From Candidatus Hermodarchaeota archaeon (GTDB lineage: Archaea > Asgardarchaeota > Lokiarchaeia > Sigyniarchaeales > SOKP01), in assembly GCA_048885925.1 (NCBI GenBank), contig JBHLLG010000076.1, positions 1-13,532 on the forward strand: a DNA stretch of 13,532 bases, in the 5' to 3' direction. Positions 1 through 8,076 of this stretch are shown piece by piece. The notes under the pieces are model-generated. The model was not told where the DNA came from and searched no databases. It saw nothing but the letters and a program-made list of their open reading frames with translations. The translations under genes and the position numbers were made by a program. The stretch's first letter is position 1, and each line of letters opens with the position of its first letter.

Positions 1-1002
1 TTGTTCATTATTATTCTCTAAAGATTTCTCGATTCGAAAAGTAAGATCATTTATATTTTCAATTTTAATCCAATGGAGTTTATTAAAGAATTGTAATATT
101 TTACTAGGAAAATCTTCCTTTTTACCAAATGCTCGTAAATCAGCCTCAATAGTGTTAAGCCATTTATTAAACGTTTTTTTACTCTTAAAACTTACAAATA
201 AATCATTATCCTCTGCTAAATTCATCCATAAATATTTATCTTTATCATTTAACATCCTATTATAGTTTATGATGAAATTTACATTTTCTTGTAGAAGTTT
301 TATTCTTTCTTTTTTAGCTAATTCTTCTCGAAATACAAGAGGAGTCTCAATTAAATCAAGTCTGCAATAAAAATCTTTAGAGGAATAGTGAAAATCAGTG
401 ACCTTTACACCTAACATACCACATATCCCAGCAAAAAATTTGCAATTTTCGAAATGTATATTTCTCTGCTTACCAATAAATTCCAAGTAAGCAGTTCCAT
501 ACTTTTTATCTTTACTAGGAAAAATATCAAGCCTCAGTTCTTTTAAAACATTTGAAGGATATACTCGATTTTTGAAACGCTCAAATAATAATTGCCATCC
601 TTCGGTATTTTTTTGCTTTAAATAAATACCCCTATAAAAATGATAAACAGCTAAGATAAAACGTGTGATAAAATCAAAAGATATTGGAACATATCTATTA
701 CTCTCTGCTATCATATCATAAAGAGGAATCGTGGCTTTAAATGTAAATTTATCAAAAAAATCTTTATAAACTTGATCTTCTACTCGCTTAAAATCTTCAA
801 TTGTTTTTCCTTCTCGAAAAAGTATCATTATGTTATCCAAAATATAAGTAATAAACGAACTTACACTCTTAAATCGCTCATCATTAGGCTCTTCGTTGTG
901 CTTTACATTTACATATCTTTTTATCCAATCTTTAAGAGCGGGTGATATAGAAATCGTTTGTTGGGCTGTTTTCTTATTTGAGAGATACTTTTTACTAGTC
1001 AT
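1..1002 (-). CDS. Hypothetical protein with RHH-like N-terminus, paralogue of 1386..2468; 3' end runs off the window
   Basis: Translated by hand: ATG at 1002-1000, open for 334 codons to position 1. MTSKKYLSNKKTAQQTISISPALKDWIKRYV...NDERFKSVSSFITYILD...FKATIPLY...FREELAKKERIKLLQENV...DKDKYLWMNLAED...FFNKLHWIKIEN aligns end to end with the 360-aa neighbour. Confidence 0.9.
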   Translation of the reverse strand, partial: MTSKKYLSNKKTAQQTISISPALKDWIKRYVNVKHNEEPNDERFKSVSSFITYILDNIMILFREGKTIEDFKRVEDQVYKDFFDKFTFKATIPLYDMIAESNRYVPISFDFITRFILAVYHFYRGIYLKQKNTEGWQLLFERFKNRVYPSNVLKELRLDIFPSKDKKYGTAYLEFIGKQRNIHFENCKFFAGICGMLGVKVTDFHYSSKDFYCRLDLIETPLVFREELAKKERIKLLQENVNFIINYNRMLNDKDKYLWMNLAEDNDLFVSFKSKKTFNKWLNTIEADLRAFGKKEDFPSKILQFFNKLHWIKIENINDLTFRIEKSLENNNEQ

Positions 1003-1231
1003 ATTTAGTCTAAATTTTATCTAATTCTTAAATTTATGTTATATGGAAAATTTGAAAATTCAAAACTTAATCTATTATTAATGAATCTAAGCAATTGAAT
1101 AAATCTTTACAAAATACATTTCTTTTCAATAATAATTTAAGCTCCAAAACTTTAATTTTTACATGTTTGGGAGTCTTTATTAAAATAATTAATAGAAGAG
1201 ATAGTTAATATTAACCTTTAAATACACTCTT

Positions 1232-1245
1232 GAAAAATTATATTT
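1232..1245 (+). promoter_or_regulatory. Putative archaeal BRE/TATA element (GAAAAA-TTATATTT) for a + strand transcript starting near 1271
   Basis: Purine-rich BRE-like run directly followed by TTATAT, about 25-30 nt before the abrupt start of the GC-rich island. The AT-rich background makes chance matches common. Confidence 0.3.
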
Positions 1246-1270
1246 GGGCAATTTATAGCAATAAAAATCA

Positions 1271-1354
1271 AGGGAACGACAGGAGAACCTTGCCATAAAG
1301 GTAAAAAGGGGAGAAAATTGTAGGGTTAAGGAGGACGAGATCCCCCTTTTTTTT
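1271..1354 (+). ncRNA. Candidate small structured RNA (alternatively a minus-strand 3' UTR/terminator element); family unknown
   Basis: 1271-1346 is ~49% GC versus ~20% in 1201-1270. Hairpin ACCTT-GCCATA-AAGGT (1287-1302), stem AAAAAGGGG (1303-1311)/CCCCTTTTT (1343-1351), ending in T8 (1347-1354). No credible ORF. Strand is uncertain. Confidence 0.4.
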
Positions 1355-1385
1355 ATTTTCTTTTAGGATCGATAAGCAATCTTGT

Positions 1386-2468
1386 CTAATTTAGATTTCC
1401 CAAATAATATTTTCCATTTTCATGTAATAATTTTGAGCTTTTCGAGAGAATCTTCTTTAAATACTCTTTTTCATTTGAGTGTTTCAAATCGGATAATCTT
1501 ATACTAAATAAAAGATCATCCTCATTTTCAATATCGATCCAATGCAATTTTTCAAAAAACTTTAACAATTTTAATCTATTATCATCTTTATCTGAGAACT
1601 TTTTTAGTTCATTTTTGATTAAAGTTATCCACTTATCTTGAGTCTCATCATTATTAAAACAGACTATAGCATTCTTATCTTGGGCCATTTTCATCCATAA
1701 ATAATAATCTTTGTCATCGATAATTTTACAGTAATTAATAAAGTGAGAAATATTTTCATTCATTAAGCTAATTCTCTGACTTTTTGCAAGATCTTCGCGA
1801 AAAAACAAATCTGTTGCTTTTAAATCAAATCTATAATAAATATCTTTTTCTGAATATACAATATTATCTATTTTTACTCCTAATATTCCAAAAAATGCTG
1901 AAGTGTATTTACAAGTGTCATAACTTAAATTTTTATAAAGACCTGCGAATTCAAAGATACCCGATAAATCTGTACGACTCTTTCCTGTAAAGAGATCTAT
2001 CTTAAATTCTTTTGTTATATTATTTGATACTAGATAATTTTTTATTCGACTAACAGTATTTTGAATGCTTGAGATATCACGTGTTTCCATCATTTTCATG
2101 TAAAATCGTCTAATTGTTAAAAAGAAAGAGGGAATTTTCTCTAGCGTAGGATTTACATATTTATTTGTTTTAATTGCTTCTTCATAATAGGGAATTGTTG
2201 CTTTAAAAGAGATTCTGTCAAAAAAGTTTTTGAATTCACTATCCACATAATTTTCAAAATCATCTAAATTCTTTCCCTTATCGAAGCAATCCATTGTTTT
2301 GTCTAAAACATAATTATAAAATGCGGATACGCTTTTGAACCTCTTATCATTAGGATTTTTCTCTTGAGTTTCTCTCACATAATTTTCGATTCGTTCTTTA
2401 AGGTCTGGTGTAATTGAAATTGTTTGTTGTGTTGTTTTCTTTTTTGATAAAGGTTTTTGTGAGGGCAT
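1386..2468 (-). CDS. Hypothetical protein, putative RHH-domain transcriptional regulator with uncharacterised C-terminal region
   Basis: 360-aa ORF. QQTISITPDLKERIENYV...FKSVSAFYNYVLD fits a strand-helix-helix (RHH) pattern. A full-length paralogue lies directly downstream, which supports the coding call; function is inferred. Confidence 0.85.
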   Translation of the reverse strand: MPSQKPLSKKKTTQQTISITPDLKERIENYVRETQEKNPNDKRFKSVSAFYNYVLDKTMDCFDKGKNLDDFENYVDSEFKNFFDRISFKATIPYYEEAIKTNKYVNPTLEKIPSFFLTIRRFYMKMMETRDISSIQNTVSRIKNYLVSNNITKEFKIDLFTGKSRTDLSGIFEFAGLYKNLSYDTCKYTSAFFGILGVKIDNIVYSEKDIYYRFDLKATDLFFREDLAKSQRISLMNENISHFINYCKIIDDKDYYLWMKMAQDKNAIVCFNNDETQDKWITLIKNELKKFSDKDDNRLKLLKFFEKLHWIDIENEDDLLFSIRLSDLKHSNEKEYLKKILSKSSKLLHENGKYYLGNLN

Positions 2469-2512
2469 TTATACTCAAACTCATTAATTTTGGTCATATA
2501 TATAATACAATA

Positions 2513-2524
2513 TTTTATATAAAA
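2513..2524 (-). promoter_or_regulatory. Putative TATA box (TTTTATATAAAA palindrome) upstream of 1386..2468
   Basis: Canonical TTTATATA about 45-55 nt upstream of the ATG at 2468. Confidence 0.35.
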
Positions 2525-2648
2525 AGATATTAAAAAGTAAAAGTTTTTCGAATAAAAGAAAGGTTTTGTAAGAAGCCATTTTATAGAGGATACGGTTGTA
2601 CCAAGAATAGAGATATATTAAATTCTTAATTAGAATTTTAAGCAGTTT

Positions 2649-4277
2649 TTAAAGGATTTTAGAAACATATACCCCATCTGGCTTATACCCCATTTCATAG
2701 AAATATGGTTTTGCTCCAATACCACTTATAACAGCAAGTTTTTTCGCATCATACTCTTCTTGAGTAATTTTTTCTGCGTTGCTCATTAGTAGTTTTCCGT
2801 AACCTCTATGTTGAATTTGAGTAAAAAAGTTTGGTTTTAAATCTTTTGGGACGAGTTCACCAACCACTTTTATTTCTCTTACTACCATTGTTTTTCCATC
2901 ATTTAGTTCGGGTCTATGGGCAAATTCAGAAGGTTTTCTTAGGCGTAAATATCCTATTAAATAATTTTCTTTTTTATTCTCATAGGATAAGAATATCTCT
3001 TTCCCTTGAGAAGCATCATAATCTAAGCGATATAGCTTTATTTTGTCGAATGATTTTTCATCGATAATATTTTTACTTTTGATAATACCATATTCTCTAC
3101 ATCTTATGCATTTACAACTTTCATTTATTTCTCTCAATCTCTCTTGTACTAACTGCCTTAAATTGCTATTTTTGCATCCTGCTTCAATTAAGGTGGCAGG
3201 GATATCTCTCATAATTCTTTGAATTCTAACATATGATGGAAGATTTGCTTTAGCTTTTGCAATTAAATCTATTAGCTTAGCATCCGAATATGGCGAATAT
3301 TTTCCTTCTTTCCACCAGTTATATAATTCGGTACCATTAATAACTAGTGTTGGATAAATTTTTAACATATCTGGACGATACATTGAATTAGAAAATAATT
3401 CATTAAATAGTTCAATATCTTGAGAATAATTAGAACCAGGCAGATTGGGCATGATATGAGCATTTATTTTTAACCCTGCATCCTTAGCAATTCTTATTGC
3501 CTCCATACTATCTTTTGTGGTGTGGGCCCTCTTAACTAAATTATATATGTAATCATATACAGTCTGGATTCCTAATTCAACTCGAGTTGTTCCATAATTT
3601 AACATTCGATCAACATCTTTTTCTTTACAATAATCTGGTCTAGTCTCTATCGTTATTCCGATAACCCTTCTTTTTGATGTTTCAGCAAATTTTTTAGCTT
3701 CTACTAAATTATTTACTCTCTGCTCAATTATTCCTTCTAATGCACCCTTTATGAATTCTTCTTGATAATAACGATCAGTCGCCAAAAATGTACCTCCCAT
3801 GATGATTAATTCGATTTTATCGACATTATGACCAATTGCTTCTAAATCTTGAATTCTACTTTGAACTTGTAAATATGGATCATAATTATTATGAATAGAT
3901 CTCATAGCAGCAGGTTCTTGACCTGTATAAGATTGAGCAACTTTTTCTCCAGGTTGAGACTTTTGGCCAGGACAATAAACACAATTTCCTGGACATGGAA
4001 GAGGTTTAGTCATAATAGCTATAACAGAAACTCCAGATAAAGTTCTTGTTTTTCTTCTTTTGAGGATTTGAGTTATAATTTCTTTTTCTTCTAATGTCGC
4101 GTAATCTAAGATAACTGCATTTTTTATAACTTTATCACATTTGTATTTTTTTCCAATTCTTCCTTTAATATTTGTTAGTTTTTTATGTGGGGTGTTGGGA
4201 TTTTTAATTATATATTCAATTATCTCTCTTGAAATTAATTTAAGTTTCTCTTTATTACTAATCTCTAAAGAACACAT
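2649..4277 (-). CDS. elp3: Elongator protein 3 family tRNA uridine(34) acetyltransferase (radical SAM + KAT domains)
   Basis: RTLSGVSVIAIM, CPGNCVYCPG Fe-S motif, QSYTGQEPAAMR, GHNVDKIELIIMGGTF, ETRPD, RVELGIQT, PDMLKIYPTLV, RIQRIMRDIP, CKCIRCRE, QHRGYGKLLM, KLAVISGIG are all Elp3 hallmarks. Confidence 0.97.
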   Translation of the reverse strand: MCSLEISNKEKLKLISREIIEYIIKNPNTPHKKLTNIKGRIGKKYKCDKVIKNAVILDYATLEEKEIITQILKRRKTRTLSGVSVIAIMTKPLPCPGNCVYCPGQKSQPGEKVAQSYTGQEPAAMRSIHNNYDPYLQVQSRIQDLEAIGHNVDKIELIIMGGTFLATDRYYQEEFIKGALEGIIEQRVNNLVEAKKFAETSKRRVIGITIETRPDYCKEKDVDRMLNYGTTRVELGIQTVYDYIYNLVKRAHTTKDSMEAIRIAKDAGLKINAHIMPNLPGSNYSQDIELFNELFSNSMYRPDMLKIYPTLVINGTELYNWWKEGKYSPYSDAKLIDLIAKAKANLPSYVRIQRIMRDIPATLIEAGCKNSNLRQLVQERLREINESCKCIRCREYGIIKSKNIIDEKSFDKIKLYRLDYDASQGKEIFLSYENKKENYLIGYLRLRKPSEFAHRPELNDGKTMVVREIKVVGELVPKDLKPNFFTQIQHRGYGKLLMSNAEKITQEEYDAKKLAVISGIGAKPYFYEMGYKPDGVYVSKIL

Positions 4278-4393
4278 TATGTTATAAATTAGGAAAATTT
4301 GTTATTTTCTCAATATGTGTTTTCTTAATCAAATAATATATTTCAACATTAAGTTAAAATTTTGTGATATAAATACTCTAACCCAATTTTGAA

Positions 4394-5248
4394 CTAATTA
4401 ATATTAGTTTTTTTACCAGTTAAATCTCTTTGGTATCTGCCAAAATCTTGAAGTTTTTTGAGAGTTTCTAAATTAAAAATTGGTCCATCTTTACAAACCA
4501 GTAAGCCTAATGGATCTAAAGCGCATAATCCACATAGACCACATCCACACCTCATTATTCTTTCAAGACTAGCATAAAACTCAATTTTATATTCTTGGCA
4601 TATTTGAAATAATTTATACAACATTATTTCAGGACCACATGAATAAACTACTAACTTTGATAGCTCGTTTTTATTAAATTTATTTAGCATTTCTTTAAAA
4701 ACGTCAGAAGCAACTCCTTTTATTCCATAGCTTCCATCATCAGTACAATAATAGATTTCAGAGTTATCTTTTATAGCTTCTTGAAAATAGTCTTTAAACA
4801 TAAGGTTATCCTCATATTTTACTCCATCAATGATTGTGTGTTTTATTTTCATATTTGTAAGCTCATTAGAGAGAAATTTTAGAGGAGCCATACCTATTCC
4901 GCCACCAATTAAGAAGATTGTTTTTGAGGTTTGATTTGAAAGATCAAAATGATTGCCTAAAGGTCCTCTCACTCCAATAAAATCTCCAATGTTTAAATTG
5001 CACATGGCATTTGTACATTCTCCAACATTTTTTACTGTAATTGACCAATTTCCATTATTTTCACAACCAGATAAAGACATTGGAACTTCATCAATACCAG
5101 GGACCCATATCATAACAAATTGTCCTGGTTTAGGAATAATATGACTTTGAGCTTTGTTAATTTCCATATTAAAAACAATTGTTTTAACATCTTTACACTC
5201 ATCAATAATGTTTTTAACTTTCACTGTTTTAATAGTATTTTCAGTCAA
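4394..5248 (-). CDS. pyrK: Dihydroorotate dehydrogenase B electron transfer subunit (FAD, 2Fe-2S)
   Basis: PGQFVMIW, RGPLGN, GGGIGMAP, TDDGSYG, CGPEIM, ERIMRCGCGLCGLC...VCKDGPIF. TTG start overlaps the pyrD stop by 8 nt. Confidence 0.95.
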   Translation of the reverse strand: MTENTIKTVKVKNIIDECKDVKTIVFNMEINKAQSHIIPKPGQFVMIWVPGIDEVPMSLSGCENNGNWSITVKNVGECTNAMCNLNIGDFIGVRGPLGNHFDLSNQTSKTIFLIGGGIGMAPLKFLSNELTNMKIKHTIIDGVKYEDNLMFKDYFQEAIKDNSEIYYCTDDGSYGIKGVASDVFKEMLNKFNKNELSKLVVYSCGPEIMLYKLFQICQEYKIEFYASLERIMRCGCGLCGLCALDPLGLLVCKDGPIFNLETLKKLQDFGRYQRDLTGKKTNIN

Positions 5249-6167
5249 AATCGGGAACCTCTTGAGTTTTAAAATGGTGAGCTAATCCTTTTAATTCATT
5301 AATAGACATAAATTGATGATCTTTTAGATATTGTGTTATTCCAAAATTAATTTCACTAATAATTTCAATTTTTTTATATAATGCTGTTCCAACTTGTACT
5401 GCTGATGCTCCTGCAAGAAAGAATTCTATTACATCCTGCCAAGAATCTATCCCTCCACATCCGATTATAGGAATATTAAGAACTTTATATAAATCATATA
5501 TCTTTTTTATCGTTATAGGTTGAATTGCTTTTCCAGAAAGCCCTCCACTTCCATGAGATAAGATTGGTCTTTTAGTATTCACATCAATTTTCATGGCTGA
5601 TAAAGTATTTATAGCAACTACTCCATCGGCACCACCTTTCTCAGCTGCTAAAGCAATTTCTACTATATCAGTTACATTGGGATTCAATTTCACAAAAAGA
5701 GGGACTCTAAGTTTCTCTTTAAGGAATTGAACAATCTTAAAGGTTAAATTTTTATCAATACCTATAGAAGATATTTCAGCATGAGGACAAGAGATATTAA
5801 TTTCAATAGCATCTGCCCCTGCATTTTCAGCTTTAGTTGCCACATCTATATATTCCTGATTAGTATTTCCAAAGACGCTTACTATTAATGGAATGTTGAA
5901 TTTTTTTATTTCTTTTATTTCTGAGATAAATTCATCAATTCCAGGATTAGCTAAACCAACACTATTCATAAAAGTGCCAGGATATATCTCTATTATAGAT
6001 GGATTTTTATAACCTTTTCTTGGTTTTGGTCCGATAGATTTTGTGGTAACAGCACCAGCTCCAGCATCTATTACTCTTTTCATGGAAGAAAATGAAACTC
6101 CTAAAATTCCTGAGGCTAAAATAATAGGAGATTTTAATTTTAAACTAGATAGATTTACTTCTAGCAT
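5241..6167 (-). CDS. pyrD: Dihydroorotate dehydrogenase family 1B catalytic subunit
   Basis: ASGILG, GAVTTKS, NSVGLANPG, EINISCPH (catalytic Cys), KLNPNVTDI, AINT, GGLSG, IIGCGGI, AGASAVQVGTA. Coupled to pyrK. Confidence 0.97.
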   Translation of the reverse strand: MLEVNLSSLKLKSPIILASGILGVSFSSMKRVIDAGAGAVTTKSIGPKPRKGYKNPSIIEIYPGTFMNSVGLANPGIDEFISEIKEIKKFNIPLIVSVFGNTNQEYIDVATKAENAGADAIEINISCPHAEISSIGIDKNLTFKIVQFLKEKLRVPLFVKLNPNVTDIVEIALAAEKGGADGVVAINTLSAMKIDVNTKRPILSHGSGGLSGKAIQPITIKKIYDLYKVLNIPIIGCGGIDSWQDVIEFFLAGASAVQVGTALYKKIEIISEINFGITQYLKDHQFMSINELKGLAHHFKTQEVPDFD

Positions 6168-6220
6168 TTTTTAAAAGACAATAATAATTATAGTTTTAAA
6201 ATTATTATATTTATAAGTAT

Positions 6221-7500
6221 TTGAATAGATTAAAATCTAATCAAAATAACATTGAAAGCTATTACTATAAAGAATTAAATGGTTTATCTGATGGTGCTAT
6301 TTTAAATCATCTAATCACGATTGGGAATTTATTTGAAAATGATCAACAAAGAATTGAGAGTTGCAGAAAAAAAAATAAAGATTTTAGCTTAGAACATAAC
6401 AATATAAGTATATTCACTGAACAGGATATGAAAGATTTTCTTAATTGTGAATGGTGGAATAATCCTTCAAGTAGTACAAAGAATATGCACCTTAATAGAA
6501 TTAAAAACTATCTCAGATTTTCTGACAGACAAGATTTAATAAGCTTACTTCCTAAAAAGATAAATGGAAAAGCCAAAAAACTTAGTAAAAATGATTTAAT
6601 ATTAAGAGTAGATTTAACTCAGATTCTTAAAAATTGCAATCTCAAATATAGAACATTAATTATGTTAATATATGTAGCAGCATTAAGAATTAATGAAGCT
6701 GTTAATATTAAAAGACAAGATATTAGGTTCAATATGGGTTTTATTATTTTAAAGGTATCGGAATCAAAAACTTATAGTAGAGATGTGCCTTTAATTGAAT
6801 CCATTCCATATTTAAAAGAATATCTAGAATCCAATGATTTTGATCCAGAAGATCTGCTTTTTGAATTTAAAAATAAAACCATGTGAACAACTAGTTAATC
6901 TTTATATCAAAAAAATTAGCTAAAAAATATCTTAAACAATGGAAAGGAAGAAAGCTTAATCCTCACCTATTTAGGCATTCAAGATTAACCAAATTGGCAA
7001 GAACTAATTTAAATGAAGCTCAAATCAGGCAATTTGCTTACTGATCTGCTGATTCTACTATGGCAAAAGTCTATTTTCACCTAAATGATGAAGATGTAAT
7101 TAACATTTTAACTAATAAAGCTGTTGAAATTCCAAAACCTGAGCCAAAAAAACCTAAAATATGTCAAATTTGGAATGAACAAAATAATGAAGAGAATTTA
7201 TTTTGCTGGAAATGTGGAAATATATTTAGCCATAATAATAAAAGTCAAGTTGCTGTTGAAATTGTAAGCCAACCACATGAAATTCAAAAGCTAAGGAAAG
7301 AAAATGTAGAATTAAAGCAAGAATTAGTTTCAATGAAACAATTATATAAAGAAGAAATTAAAGAACATAGAAATGAACTAAAATCTATATTTGAAGATCT
7401 TTATTATCGCAAAGAAACTGAGGAGAGGATCAAAAGAGGAGAAATTACTGAAGAAGAAGCAAGAATTGAACACTCTGGTCTTAATAAAGATTTAAATTAA
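6221..7500 (+). pseudogene. Disrupted tyrosine recombinase/integrase with C-terminal Zn-ribbon and coiled coil
   Basis: Frame 2 (6221-6886) has ALRINE (box I Arg) and SKT. Frame 1 continues with LNPHLFRHSRLT (HxxR; PHLFRH from 6961), QFAY*SADSTMAKVYFHL (catalytic Tyr) and CQIW...CWKCG. Lesions: frameshift near 6881-6886, TAG 6892-6894, TGA 7042-7044. The supplied ORFs 6221..6886 and 7060..7500 are its fragments. Confidence 0.9.
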
Positions 7501-7584
7501 AATTAAAATAATTTATTTTTTATCTATACTTTTTATCAACTTTAAAATAAAACTTCCAATTCTTTCAAAAAGTTTTTTCAGAAA

Positions 7585-7620
7585 TTGCCAGAAATCAATT
7601 TCTATTTCATTATCTGGCAA
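7585..7620. repeat. Perfect 8-bp inverted repeat TTGCCAGA-N20-TCTGGCAA
   Basis: Arms at 7585-7592 and 7613-7620, relatively GC-rich in an AT-rich spacer. Function unknown. Confidence 0.6.
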
Positions 7621-8076
7621 ATTTAAAATGAAAATTTAATTGATCTGAAGAGATCCATCTCTTATAGAAGAAAAAGTATGGTTAAAAGGAAAAAAAGAGT
7701 GAACTTTTATTCTTTCAACCTTAAATTTAAGGATAAAAACCTTTTTTCAAAAATTTGTATACATATTTAGTTTAAAAATAATTTATTTTAAAAGTATTAA
7801 CTAAATAATATTGAAAAATTAATTTAAAGAAAGATTATATGATATAACATAAGTACTTTCATTAACAATTATAAAATAAGGAAGTTATTTAAATAGTTTA
7901 TAAAAATTAAAATGGTAAAAAAGAACGTTTTTCAAAAAGGGATATAAAAATTTAAATTTAGACATTTTCATTACATTTTTGTAGATCACATTTTTGTATA
8001 TTGAAAATCTAATAACAAAAGGGGAATATAATGAAAAAAAATCATTTAAATAATTTTCATGCTCTTTTAAAAAAAG

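Noticed and set aside
1271-1354. SECIS element or tRNA interpretation of the GC-rich island
   Set aside because: No AUGA/GA kink-turn core in a long stem, no in-frame TGA in the flanking genes, and no T-loop or cloverleaf.
1784-1990. 68-aa + strand ORF
   Set aside because: Antisense shadow inside the 360-aa gene that is supported by its paralogue; no motifs.
2831-3067. 78-aa + strand ORF
   Set aside because: Antisense shadow inside elp3.
4953-5144. 63-aa + strand ORF
   Set aside because: Antisense shadow inside pyrK.
6884-7044. TGA recoding (Sec/Trp) or programmed readthrough in the integrase
   Set aside because: TGA 7042 sits at the expected Trp position, but there is also a frameshift, a TAG and a lost Cys. 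pyrD uses TGA as a normal stop and TGG encodes Trp throughout, so ordinary decay explains it.
7060-7500. 146-aa ORF as an independent gene
   Set aside because: It starts at the internal Met just before the integrase catalytic Tyr, so it is the C-terminal fragment of the pseudogene.
7501-8030. Replication origin, CRISPR array or tRNA/att site in the AT-rich spacer
   Set aside because: No ORB consensus (only an isolated AAAAGGGG at ~8017-8024), no cdc6/orc1 nearby, no regularly spaced repeats and no cloverleaf.
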